This document shows, in pieces, positions 12,865 to 24,725 of a stretch of DNA of 64,000 nucleotides. This DNA comes from Heteronotia binoei (lineage: Eukaryota). The stretch spans positions 112,468,001 to 112,532,000 of the forward strand of contig NC_083228.1 in assembly GCF_032191835.1 (NCBI RefSeq). Reading direction: 5' to 3'. Below the pieces are notes generated by a model. It did not search any database and was not told the DNA's origin. It saw only the letters and a program-made list of their open reading frames with translations. The number at the start of each line of letters is the position of its first letter. The first letter of the stretch is position 1. Both the position numbers and the translations under genes were made by a program.

Positions 12865-13414
12865 TCACACATGTGGATCACACATGCTCAATTTGGATTG
12901 GGACCACAGTGCATGTGGAGAAGGGGCTTCATCCTTCTCTCTAGGGCTATTTTCCAGACTTGAAATGGCCCTAGGAGCTGCTGTCTGTAATAATCACATA
13001 CGTTTCCCACCATAGTTTACCATGGGTGCTTCAGGTCAGGTTTCAAGCTTCTGTCTATGTGCACAGAAGTCCTGTTCTAAATTGGACCTGTTTGTGCTTG
13101 GGAAGCCTGGAACTCCCAGCATATGTGTGATCAAAAGAGTTCTTGTAATGGCCGCTAGGACTGTAACACATGAATTAGCACTTACAATTTCTGTGGTGAA
13201 CTTCCATCAGAAGCACTGAAATCAGTGTTGGGAGTTAACTGTGTGATCCCAGAAATTCCTGTGACTGTATCTTCCATATGTTTCTGAAACAACGGGGACT
13301 TCAACTCTGGAGAAGCAGCTGATACAAGGGCCTAAGAGACAAGATAAGGAAGCAAATTACAAACAAACAAGCAAAATTCCATTTCTTCATTTGTATGGTG
13401 CAAGAATAAGGAGA

Positions 13415-13630
13415 GCCCTAACCTGGATAGCCAAGGTTAGCCCAATCTTGTCAGTTCTTGGAAGCTAAGCACTGTCATCCCTGGCTAGTATTTGGATGGG
13501 AGACCTCCAGGGAATGCTATGGTCATGATGTGGAGGCACACAATGGCAAACCAGCTCTGAATGTCTCTCACCTTGAAAACCCTATGAGGTCACTATAAGT
13601 CAGCTGTGACTTGATGGCATTTTCCACCAC
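13415..13630 (+). mobile_element. 5S rRNA-derived SINE with RTE/BovB-type tail
   Basis: 13441-13515 aligns to 5S rRNA (ggaagctaagca A box; tggatgggagacc C box), followed by caatggcaaaccagctctg...ataagtcagctgtgacttgatggc. Exact 14-bp TSD caagaataaggaga. Confidence 0.85.
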
Positions 13631-14329
13631 CAAGAATAAGGAGACAAGTCAATTCTTCTGCTCCCCAGTATGGCCCTGTCCACTACAGAGAACATGGACA
13701 GTTGCTCTGTAGACTTCTGGTACATCTGTATATGAATACAAAGCTGTTAAGGAGAAAAACCCAGCACTGTATATTCCTGTTTTCCAGACATGTGGGAACA
13801 ATGTAAGAACACAACACCCATCTAAGCAATCTTTGCAGAAAGACACAGAGGCTGCCACTTAATTGACACAGCAGTTGTCCAAGTTCCAAAGTTTGTGCTG
13901 GAGCATATATCTGAAAGGAAGGCCCCATATCCCTCGTAAGGGTGGCTCTTAAAAGGGTACGTTGGTTGTGCAAATGCCACAGTCACCACCAGTTTTACAA
14001 ATGTCCTGGTTGGCATGTGCGCAGGGATGAAAGCATGAGCCAAAGCCCCAGGTGCTTCAGGGACTGAACAAACCATTGTTGTCTTATTTGGACACAATAA
14101 TCCTGAGCCAACCTTGCCACAAACTTCTGGAGTTATTTGGGGAGGCAGGGACTAAAGGGAGTGTTGATTTCCTTCAGCCACAGTGTTATGGGAGAACCAA
14201 GCAAAAAAACTGTGCAAAAATATAGACTTCTTGATCCAGCTCCAAACCACTTTTCCATAATGTGGTCCAGTGTGAAAATTAGATTTTATTATTTATAAAG
14301 CACCTGGAGTTTTAGACACCATACAAGGA

Positions 14330-15748
14330 TGGTATTAAAAATGAACAGCTCTGCCTGCAGGGTTACAATCTACAAGATAACGGAGCATCAGTTTGCACAG
14401 TGCTGCTAACATATCACAGCAAACATTTTGGAAGATCCACATCCCACCCCCACCCCCGGCCGGAACAATTACAGTGTGCATGCCAAAAGCTGAGCACTGT
14501 GCCTGGTGGCAGCTGCACACGTGCGGCAGGGAGCCAGTGCATGCAGAGTTTTGCAAGAGATTTTCCTCCAGCTTCCATGCGCCCAACAGTCATGCAAATC
14601 AGAGCCCGTTTGCCACCTTTTGTCTCAGTCCTGAAGTCCCACCTGGTTGTACAGCAAGTTGTGGGATTTCATGCCAAAAGCAGGCAGAGGGGTATTGCTG
14701 TTTAGCAGAGAATGTGTTTGTGCGGAGCAGAGATTAACCCTGACACTGCTGACAATGTGCGGGGCTCAAAGGCTGAGGTTTAGCATGCCACGCTCAAGGG
14801 ATTAATGAGTTAATTTGACAGCGCATGGTAGAAAAGTCATTTTCCTCTCTCTGGATGCTTACAATCATTAACATGCTTTAACATCAATTTGTCCCGTCAG
14901 AATGAGGCGTCTTCTGTTCATTTATCAGGGCTGCCAATTACTGGGATCGCCAGAGTCCATTGAACTGCCTCCCTTTATGCTGCACACAAAGGAAGCAAAG
15001 CAAGCCAGCCTCTCACACTTTCTCCAGGCTTCTTAAAGGGAGCGCCGTATGTTCTGCTGTACAGCTGCATCGCCGATATCAGCACCGCTGTTACCTCTGC
15101 CAGGCTTTTTATCTGCCAGAGGTGGTGAGGGGGGAAAGAGGAGATCCCGATGAGGTGTAGGTTTTTTGGGTGGTTGTTTTTTTACAGGCACTGACAAAGT
15201 CTAGATGGATATCCTTGGTCTTCTGAGACTTGCTTGTGACTAGATGTTCCTTGGGCTCCCGATCTTTGCCTGTTCAGCATTTCATGGTCCAGAGGGTGTT
15301 CAAGATGCATCACGCAGTATGCCTGCATTGATTTAAATCCAGCAACCCGAGAGGCAAGCCAGTGTAAAGACAGACCGGATGCTCTGCTGCTTTGGGTTAA
15401 CTGCAAAGATGCAGGTCTTGCCTCCTTCCTGAATGCAAACTGACTGAATGGATAAATCTTTGTAAGTACTGAGGGAAACCTTGACAAAAGAAATTCTTTT
15501 TTTGTGTGCGCAAAAGCCAGCAGTTTGCGCTTTACGCTTTGCTTTGGCAAGTTTGGTGGTTTGTCTCTCTCCTGGTTACTTCCAGGGGCCGTCTTAGTCA
15601 CTTCTGTCCTGCATCAGGTCCAGGTACTTCTGTCAGAGCACAGCTTTGAAGAAGCATTGGAGACTGACTGTCTCTAGTTCACTGCAGTCTTGATCCCTGG
15701 TCCTGTGGAAGTTCTCTGTGGTGTCAAGAAAGGCTTGGTGGAGGAGCA
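14330..15748 (+). promoter_or_regulatory. Putative Kvbeta1.1 promoter and 5' UTR
   Basis: Directly upstream of an alternative first exon, with no recognisable repeat and retained CpGs. No ATG in 15451-15748. Octamer ATGCAAAT near 14593. The TSS cannot be located from sequence alone. Confidence 0.5.
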
Positions 15749-15969
15749 ATGCAAGTCTCTATCGCTTGCACAGAGCACAACCTCAAGAACCGGAATGGAG
15801 AAGACAGACTTATCAGCAAACAGAACACTTCGAATCCAAATGCTGTCAATGCAGCCCGAGCCAAATTTCGGACGGTGGCAATTATTGCTCGCAGTTTGGG
15901 AACGTTTACCCCTCAGCACCATATTTCCTTAAAAGAGTCCACTGCCAAGCAGACTGGCATGAAATATAG
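15749..15969 (+). CDS. KCNAB1: KCNAB1 alternative first coding exon, Kvbeta1.1 isoform (N-type inactivation ball), 73 codons plus 2 nt
   Basis: Translates MQVSIACTEHNLKNRNGEDRLISKQNTSNPNAVNAARAKFRTVAIIARSLGTFTPQHHISLKESTAKQTGMKY, near-identical to the mammalian Kvbeta1.1 N-terminus I recall. Ends TAT AG|gtatgg (donor at 15970, phase 2), fitting the join to R-NLGKSG. In-frame TGA upstream at 15665-15667. Confidence 0.96.
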
Positions 15970-17223
15970 GTATGGGCAAAATATTTATTCTTCGCAATGT
16001 TTCCATGTCTTTTCTCTGTAGCTCTGAGAGGTCATCTTCTAATGAAGGTCCCTCTTGCCAAAAAGAGAGAGAGAGAGGGAGAAAGAGAGAATCCATTTTG
16101 CAGAAAGGTGGTAACAAGGAAAGTTCAAAGTCTTTTGTAGCAAGAAACTCTGTTGCTGTTTAGGAGATCTTTCTCACAGTCTTAGCAATTTGGTATTGAT
16201 AGGGCTTGGTACTTGTTGGAATCTGACAGAAGAACAGGTGAGTGGTGTTCAAAGGAATGTATACTGGAAATCCTTTGGATTTTTGTCTTGGAACAAATGA
16301 TGCTCTAAATTGTGCTTGGAAGAAAGTTTGCTTCTCAAAGCACCTGCTGGAGAGCACCAAACTGGGAGGGGGGGGGGAATCAGTATCTGTTCAACTAAGT
16401 GAGATGCACTTTTGTGTTCTAATTACCACTCTCAGGCCTATAATTGGACTGGCTCTCTAAGGATAGGACAGGGAGGGGATTTACTTTAAGTGGACAAAGT
16501 AAGAAGTCTGTTCCTAAACAACTTCATTTGTTGTACTAAATTACTTCTTTCACAAAATATAGCTCAGAGACTATAAGACTATAGCTAAGATGACCATTTA
16601 TCTTGATAAAGAATTTACTACAGGTTGTGGGTTGGATAAATTAAGCATGTACAATTAATCTAATACACGGCTTCTGAAAGTGTCTGTTCTACTTGACACG
16701 GGACACCTTGTTCTCCTGCAGTTCATCTCTGAAGCAAAGTGACACTTTTCTGAGACCATTGAAACCAGTGTGTTTAGAAAGCTGTGACTGCTCTTGCAAG
16801 CACTTCTCTTGGAGAATAACTTTGATAGTATACAATCCTAGCAAAGTTGTAACTTAACAATTAAATCCTAACCAGAATGGCACCCTTCTAAGGTCATTAA
16901 GGCTCAGAAGGGAGAAACTCTGCTTTGGATAGATTTAGGTGGGCAGTCATATTTGCTTAGGATGGCACTGTTGGTCATTAAATAACCCACTGGAATTTCT
17001 GTAGCAATGTGGTAGATAGAGGACTGAATGCTGAAACCAAGAGTTAGGGGTTCAAATTGCAGGATGCATCGTGTGACTCGCGAAAAGACTGTCTCAGTCA
17101 CCTGTCTGTAAAATATTAGTTTCAATAACTAGGAGACAGCAATTTTTGGGAATGAACAGGGCAAAGTAGTACAAACACTTTTAAAATGTTTCATGAGTTA
17201 ATGGATTGGATTCAGACTAGTGG

Positions 17224-17308
17224 TATGGTCCTAAACGGAGTTGTACTCTTCTGATCCCATTGACTTCAAGGGACTTAGAAGGGTGTAACTCTACTTAGGA
17301 TTGTGCTG
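17224..17308. mobile_element. Short palindromic MITE
   Basis: cctaaacggagttgtactcttct / agaagggtgtaactctacttagg arms around cccattgacttcaaggg. Confidence 0.6.
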
Positions 17309-18970
17309 TAATTTTGTTTGTTTGTTTATTTGATAATGGAAGGTGAACAGAACATTCCTGCACTCCCCTTCCCGCTGTGGCCCACTGATCTCCCCAAAAT
17401 GCTGCTCCTCATAAGTCTGAAGGAGGAGGGGGACATCAACAGAAAGTCGTCCCTTTCCATTAGCAGACAATTTAGTCCAGATCCAACCTAACATGATTTA
17501 AATGGGCAGCTGGTTTTAAGATGGGGAAAATGAACCATCAAAGTTAATGGCAACTTTCAGTTCCGCAGAAGATATGTAGGTCATTAGGGCCATACTTTAT
17601 CATTTAAAGGTATGACAAAAACAGAGGTCCTGGGTAACACGACCAAAGACATTCCATGTCTTTAAAACAAATCAATGTAGTTCTGAATTATTTCTCCATA
17701 TAGTTTTTATTCCTTTTCCAGCATTTTAAAAGAACTAACTATTAGACCCAGCCTGCCATTTTAATTTAATTAGTGGAAAGCACTATACTGGGCCTTATGT
17801 ACTACAGGACCACCACCACCACCACCCCTGGCACTCTTTGGGAGAACACTGGAGTGCAGGTTAAGCCTGTTCCTTCCATTATGACGCCAATTTCTAAAAC
17901 AGGAGATGTTTTGTCCCCTCCAAAGTCTTGCCATGTAGCGCTCAGTGGGAGGGACTGAGAATGGAGCCTACTCCTTTCTGCAGGCCCCTCCCACTTCATC
18001 TGTGTAGCCCTGATCAGGGTTCTATACTTTGGTCACAGTGCAGTGTAAGCAAGAGATGGAACTCAGAAATTGTCTGTAGGATGTCATCTTTAACAGAAAA
18101 GCAACAGCTGTCTCAAAATGCAAGTTGCACAGCTGGCTATTACACACTTGCTTGTTTATTTATATCCAACACAAAACTCTCAGTGCAAGACTTCTTGGGC
18201 ATCTTCTAAAAAAAGTGCACAATTAAATAACCATAAAAGCAACCCTCCTTGCAAATTATGAGAGTAGTAACAAATCAAAGTTTAAAAAAAAACACAAGAA
18301 CTTCATAGGTATCAATGAAAATAATTAAATTGAATCGCTGAAATTTTTAAAAAGCTATTAAATTCTCAATACTTTCTGTAAAAGGATGTCATCAGCCTAT
18401 GAATAATAAAGTTAAATAGTGTCTCTGCCATGATTTGTAGAGGAAAAGGCAGGGAGGAAGGCTCCCTAAGAAATAGGTGCATGGCAAACACTGAATTCTT
18501 CCACACTGTTTCTCTGCCCTGCTATCTAATCTTCAAACTTAATCATGTATCTAAACCCCTTTCCCAGAATTGACTGCAATTGTTGTATTGTATCCTGGAT
18601 TATCATTCTGGTGTAGTGACTAACAGAACAGCAGGAGATTCGTTCCCTGAAAATCCAGCTTGCATGCTGAAACTTCCTGTGTCTCACACATGTGAGAGCT
18701 GTGTAGATTCAGAGGCAGTGCGATCCTAGTATGCCTAATGTCAGTGAAGTACAGAGAGATGCTGTAACCTGTAGACACTGACAGCAAAGAGGAATTTGGT
18801 ATCTGGGGAATGCACCTGTCATCTCTATAAAGTTAACGGTTCTGCAGGAATAGCATTGTATGGGAGTACTGCATAAAGTTTATATAGTGGCAATCTTGTA
18901 TATAGTACAGATGGGCTTTTGATTTTGTGGTTGTTGGCTAATATCGGGAGAAACTAAATTTCACAGCTTT

Positions 18971-19158
18971 ATAGCAGAGTGAAAGTTCAATGGTACCTTT
19001 AAGACCAACAAAGTTTTATTCAGGGTATAAACTTGCCATAAAGTGTGCATGCACATGAAAGCTTACACTCTGAATAAAACTTTGTTGGTCTTAAAGGTGC
19101 CATTGTGCATTCACTCTGTTCTTTTGCTTCAGACCAATTCAGCTGCCCACATGCATCC
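18971..19158. mobile_element. Penelope-like element remnant forming an inverted repeat
   Basis: About 54-bp inverted arms (18977-19030 and 19062-19115), flanked by the 13-bp direct repeat atttcacagcttt (18958-18970 and 19159-19171). Confidence 0.75.
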
Positions 19159-19227
19159 ATTTCACAGCTTTGTTGGACAAAATTCCTGCATTGTAAGCCA
19201 GCCAGGTCCTTTCCATTAATTTAAGAG

Positions 19228-19437
19228 GAGGGGTTGTTACTCATTGGCACAGCACCTGCTTTGCATGCAGATGTTCCCAGGTTCAAACCCCAGTATCTTC
19301 AGTTAAGCAAATTCAATACTAGATAACATTAAAAATCTGTGCTTAAAGCCCTGCATAACCACTGCCATTCATCGTGGACAATATCAACTTAGATGGAGTA
19401 GTGGTCAGACTCAGTATAAACAACTTCATGTGCTCAT
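19228..19437 (+). mobile_element. Squam2 (Anolis SINE2)-like SINE, diverged
   Basis: tRNA head (cctgctttgcatgcagatgttcccaggttcaaacc) and 3' ggtcagactcagtataaacaacttcatgtg. Confidence 0.7.
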
Positions 19438-20664
19438 GTCAATGTATGTGCAGTTCCTTAGTGGAAAGTACATTGGGTCCTAGTAGGACCCTCTCTACCA
19501 TCTCTGACCAGCGTTCCTTCATTCTGCCCTCCTATGCCCTATTCTGCTCACCCAGTCTCCACTGGAAAATAGACTTGGTCTCGAGTTGCACAAACCCTCT
19601 GTACTGCCTCACTAAGACTGGACAGCAAGCCCTTGGGAGGGCTTTTCTTTTCACAGGACTTTTAGTTGATGCTGAGAGTAATTATTCTTTTTTAAAAAAA
19701 TTTAGTGATACTTATTTTATATTTATTATTGAGAGCGGAGAACAACTGGCCTTTTTGGCTGTTCCTGGTGAATTTCATGGATTCTTTAAATTTTATTTAT
19801 ATTTGAAGGAATATTCCTGTATTATTTTATGAAACAAATTGATGCATTAGCTTCCTTGAGTCATCTGGGGATAAATGTTTTACAACAAATAAATACAAAG
19901 GATTGAATCACTTGATGTGTTTGGATGCTCTCCAGAAATGTACAGTATGCTAGTAATTATGATATAGCTGCAGGCTTTTGAAATTAAACTTTTATTAATC
20001 ATGTTCATAGTTGCAACTTTGGCAGCATGATAATATCAAAAGCCTGGTGTCCATTCAAAATCAGTGGTAACTAGGTATGCTTTCCAGTCAAACTTACTGT
20101 GACTTGTGAACATTCAAGTCGAGGACCCTTGACAGATCTCCTGAGAATTTTTACCCACATTTGAACACCATGTTGAACAGTTTCGCTGCGGCACAGTAAA
20201 ACTCTTGTGCTACAGGACCATGGACAGGTCCACCCTTAGTAAATAAGCTACATTTGCAACCTAAGCGTTGCAACTTTTGGTCAGCAAACTAAATTTTCTT
20301 GAATGTCAGAGAAGGTATCTCCTAGAATCATGGTTGGGTCCTTACTTGTTACTTAGCTGCTGGGTATAAAATCTCTGCACTCTTAGCAACATGTTGCTAA
20401 GATCAGAGCTGATAGTAAGACTGAGAAACAGTAACTCATCCTTGTGGCCGGATCTGACAGCCCAGTCCTATTTCTAAGCACAGTTTTAAGTTTGCTGCAC
20501 TCAGTGGCTTTCGTGTAACTTGGCTTAGCAGTGCATTGAAAGCTGCCTTTACTCATGGATGGGCCACACCCGTGTTTTAAAATTTATCCTGAGCAGGTTG
20601 GTAACGACTCGGTGCTTGCACAGGGAACTACCTTTACCTTTTTATTGAGAAGGAATGGAATAGG

Positions 20665-21304
20665 CAGGCCTGGCACTAGGGGTTCTGCCACCCCAGGCAG
20701 AACCCTGTGCCAGCGCCCCCCCCCCCGACTCCAACTGTGCATGCAAAGCACATGCAGCGCGATGATGTCACCCCAAAGTGACATCGTTGCAGTGGTGCAC
20801 CCCCCTGCCCAGCTCCCCACCCGCTTCACAGGGAGCTGAGCAGGGGCTGCTTGTCTTGTTCTTCCTTTACTCAGATCAAGTGAAGGAAGGATGCTCCATT
20901 GTGCCCCCCCTTCCCCCGCCCAGCCCTCTCCCGCTTTGGAGGCAGCTGGGCAGGGGCTGCTTCATTGTTCCTTTACTCAGATCAAGTGAAAGAAGGATGC
21001 TCCACTGCCCCCCACCCCGCCCAGCCCTTCTGCTTTGGAAGCAGCTGGGCAGGGGCTGCCTCATTCTTCCTTCACTCGGATCGAGCAAAGGAAGAATGCT
21101 CCAATACCCCACCCACCCAGCCCTCTCCTGTTTGGAGGCAGCTGGGCAGGGGCTGGCTGATTCTTCCTTCACTCTTATCAGAGCAAAGGAAGGATGAGTC
21201 AGGGTCAGCTCAAGTGGGGACATGGAGGGGGTGCCCACCCACCCCCACAGCAAGGGGGTGCCCCAGACCACTGCCTATCTCGCCAACTCCCCGCGCCAGC
21301 CCTG
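20665..21304. mobile_element. Non-autonomous hAT element with internal tandem array
   Basis: TIRs caggcctggcac / gcgccagccctg and exact 8-bp TSD ggaatagg. Confidence 0.88.
20840..21200. repeat. Four approximately 100-bp tandem units, each with a hairpin
   Basis: gcaggggctg starts at 20840, 20950, 21049 and 21146. Each unit carries CTTCCTTYACTC-RGATC-RAGYRAAGGAAG. Confidence 0.9.
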
Positions 21305-23073
21305 GGAATAGGAGATGCCTAGTAAATTATATTTCTTGAATTGTACCACTTTGGAATCAGGAGGGCTACCAGAAGATGGCAACTGGAGGACTCTACATGG
21401 GGACATATATAGAGAAATGGTCTTTCAGATATTGGGGGGGGGGTTATGGGTGGTAAAGGGCTTTAACAGTTATAATAAGTGCCTTGGATTTAACTCAGGT
21501 ACAAATTAGCAGCCAAAGTAGCTTTTTTTTTCAAAATAGGCATGACATGGTCATGTCGGCCACCTCTGATAATAATCATAAAAGTTTCAAGAGTGTCTTC
21601 AAGGGTAAGCCCATCTGGAGTGCTTTTCAGTTGTCTTAACATCATTTAGAAAAAATGTAAATGCTCGTTAGAAGACTGTTTTTGATTGTAAGCTCCTCAA
21701 AGCAGGGAACTGTCTTCTCATTGCGATTTTGTAAAATGCAGACTAAGTATTACTATAGAGTAAAAAAGAACAATTTAACATGAATGAGCACTTTTCTAGT
21801 TCAGTCAAATATAACAAGATGAAATTTAAAGGAATTTGCAAGAGGTTGCAGTTTTTAAAAAGTTTTTTAGGAATTCAAAATCAGCCTCATAAGTATCAAG
21901 ATATCGACCTTTATTCCTGGCTGCCATTTTTTAAAAATGGTGGCCAGAGACCAAGGTTAAAACAGTGATTTTAGACTGAAGTTTATCATAGCCACCTCAA
22001 AAATAATTTCCAGTCATAGAAGTCCCTTAAAACTCATGAACTCTTTATATCTGACTGGACAATTGTTCCTTTCTATAGATAAATTTCTCCTCTCTTTTCA
22101 GTCTTCAGAATATCTAGGCATGGGTGTTTTGCAACATGCGTTTTTTAATGCTTCATTTTAATGTTTCGTTTTCTTTCACAGTAGTTTTCCTCCTACGTCT
22201 GGTAGGCAGCTTTTGAACGAATGCAGCTGAAGACAGCAGTTCTGTCAGGAGTTTTATATAAAGGCAAAGAGGGAGTTAGAGGATGAATGCCCATGACGCA
22301 AAACTGAGCAGAGAGGGGGAAACAGAGAGAGGATATTGTGTATATAAAAAAGTTTTAGGATTAATTCCAGAACAAAGATCAGATTTAGATTTAACAGTGG
22401 GAAATGCTACTAACAATAAGGAGGGTCAACCACTTCCTACTGGTGCCAATGGCAAACACCTTTAGATTGGAATGAATATGAATGGAATGCATGGTTACCC
22501 TCCATTTGTAAGAATCTTTATGACAATTAAAAGCAGTTGTGTTTACACTACATTATATTTCTTGAATTGTGGGGGGACCATCATATAATTTCAATTAAAA
22601 TGAATTTTTCCACATTTTGTCCTCCAAACTCTCACTAGCAAATTTTGAGTCTGAATATTCTTCTGCATCATGCTGGAAGCTCAAGCTATTTGCCAAATAT
22701 TTCACACAGAGTGATATTTGCTTCAGTAATTGATACCTTCTGGCGAGCAGCCTCTGTGTTTCTGCTACAGAACTCCTACATGCTGCAGAGGATTGTGGGC
22801 ATCTTTTAAGTATAAACTGAGTTCTGTTCAGTCCTGTAGAATGGTTAACCATGGAATGGGGTGTCATCTTTCAGGAGGATATAAAGCCATCTAAACTTAT
22901 TTTCAAGACTTTCTTCATTACATAGAGCAGGCAAATGAACTACAGGGCATGACTGGCCTATTCTGAAATCAAGCCCTCCCAGTTCCTTTGTGCATTGGTT
23001 CATATTGACCTATTGGGAATTAAGAGTATCCTCCAGACAACACCTAGCATTCCCTTGCAACAATACATGGCAA

Positions 23074-23272
23074 CAGGGCTTTTTTGGTAGAAAAAGCCCA
23101 ACAGGAACTCATATGCATATTAGGCCACACACCCTGATGTTACCATTGTTTCACGCAGAGCTTTTTTGGTAGAAAAAGCCCAGCAGGAATTCATTTGCAT
23201 ATTAGGCCACACTGCCTGACACCAAGTCAGCTGGAACTGTGTTCTGGTGCATTCCTGCTCAAAAAAGCCTTG
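23074..23272. mobile_element. hAT MITE with CAGGGCTTTTTT TIR
   Basis: TIRs present, TSD catggcaa/aatggcaa, internal duplication of gcatattaggccacac. Confidence 0.85.
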
Positions 23273-23315
23273 AATGGCAATGAAAGATCAATGGCTTCAA
23301 TCCAGTAATTGCTTG

Positions 23316-23582
23316 TAGGGTTGCCGATCCCCAGTTGGGGGCAAGGGATCCATGGGTTTTAGGGATGCCAGCCTCCAGGGTGGGGGAGCCTGGGGATTGC
23401 CTGCTTTTACAATTGATCTCCAGCTGGCAGAGATCAGCTCCCCTGGAGAAAATGGCTGCTTTAAAGGGTGGACTCTATGACATTGTACCATGCTGAGACC
23501 CCTCCCCTGCTCAAACCCCACCATCTCCCAGATGCACCCCCAAAGTCTCCAGGTATTTTCCCACCCAGACCTGGCAACCCTA
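23316..23582. mobile_element. hAT MITE (tagggttgcc...ggcaacccta)
   Basis: Both TIRs visible, family body shared with other copies, no clear TSD. Confidence 0.8.
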
Positions 23583-24606
23583 CTTGGAGCTTCAGAGTTA
23601 TCAGAAAGTGGGGGGAGGAAAAGTCCACTGGGCACTCCATTATATTCTATAGAGATCAGTTCCTGTAGGGTATAATTGAGAATTAATATGTGAGTATCTG
23701 GTGCTCTGGGGGGGCCCTGGTTTTTGTGATAAGAGGCATCACATTTTCAGCACAGCATCTGTGCTTCTCCTCAACCTCTCCCCCCCCCCCCAATTTCAAA
23801 AAGATTAGACCAGGGAGTTCTTGCAAAAATGGAAATGCAAGTGAGGATATAGTAAGTTTGACTTAGGATAAACAACTACTCTGTTTTTGTTGTTTTGTTT
23901 TTGCATTTCTGCTTGTCCAAAATCTCTAGCACAAGCAGAAATCTTGTATTGGATACCACCCAGTAGCCATGGGCAAGCTATCTTTCAGACATTCTTCTCA
24001 TTGAGAAGCTCTTGATTAGTTTCCAAACAAACAAGTTTCCCTGGAATGAAAACTGCTGGTGTATCATATGTAATAATATTTGGTTGTCATGAAATAGTAT
24101 TTAATATCTGGCAGCATTTGCCAGTTTTAACATAGTGGTATCATTTATTTGGCTGTATTTAATTGACAACATGGAGTAGTTTTTACTGTATGAAGTCACT
24201 GAAAGATAATATACAAAGGAAGAAAATATTTAACAGATTATATTTAATGAGAATTCATAGTAGAAGTCTACCCAAATCAAAAGAATGCAGACATGCCAAC
24301 CAAAAAGCAGTGGATCTAGTGTAGAAATACCACATTAGTGAATCTGAAATTTCAAAATGAAATTTCTTTCAAAGACTGAATGGTATCATTTGACAATTCA
24401 GCAAATTTTGAATATTTCTGGAGTATGTATTCCAGTTTTGAATATCATAGGACTCTCTTGGGTTTATCCCACTGAAACTGGCAGTGGTATATGGTAGAAA
24501 TAATACAGCCCCAAGAGTTATCTCTGTGATGTATGTATGTGTTTATAGCTTGAAGTTTGCCTGCAATAGTGAGTGCTGATTTACATGACACAAAGACCCT
24601 GTGACC

Positions 24607-24725
24607 AATGTTCCGTCTAAGCTGCAGTCTTGTGAGCAAAAATTCTACTTTGTGAGCTACTGGCATTAAAGTTGTGAGCTACTGTGTAAATTGTGAGCTG
24701 GAGGCTAAAAATCTGTGAGTTGTGA
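24607..24725. mobile_element. Truncated hAT MITE of the cagtgttccctctaag family
   Basis: caatgttccgtctaag terminus and repeated gtgagctac, matching the reverse complement of 29330-29441. Confidence 0.75.

Noticed and set aside
13441-13515. 5S rRNA gene
   Set aside because: Diverged and partial, fused to a retroposon tail and bounded by a TSD, so it is a SINE head.
15508-15530. gcgcaaa-N9-tttgcgc hairpin in the putative 5' UTR
   Set aside because: A 7-bp stem is expected by chance without conservation evidence.
15182-15601. 139-aa antisense ORF in the promoter region
   Set aside because: GTG start and no similarity to known proteins. The strong-looking acceptor at 15187 leads to stops in all three sense frames.
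19374-19832. 152-aa ORF
   Set aside because: GTG start. It begins inside a SINE and crosses probable decayed L2 sequence and AT-rich DNA.
20840-21200. CRISPR-like or other prokaryotic repeat array
   Set aside because: The whole units are homologous with no unique spacers, there are no cas genes, and the context is a vertebrate transposon.
22595-22867. 90-aa minus-strand ORF in unique-looking DNA
   Set aside because: No identifiable domain or splice support.
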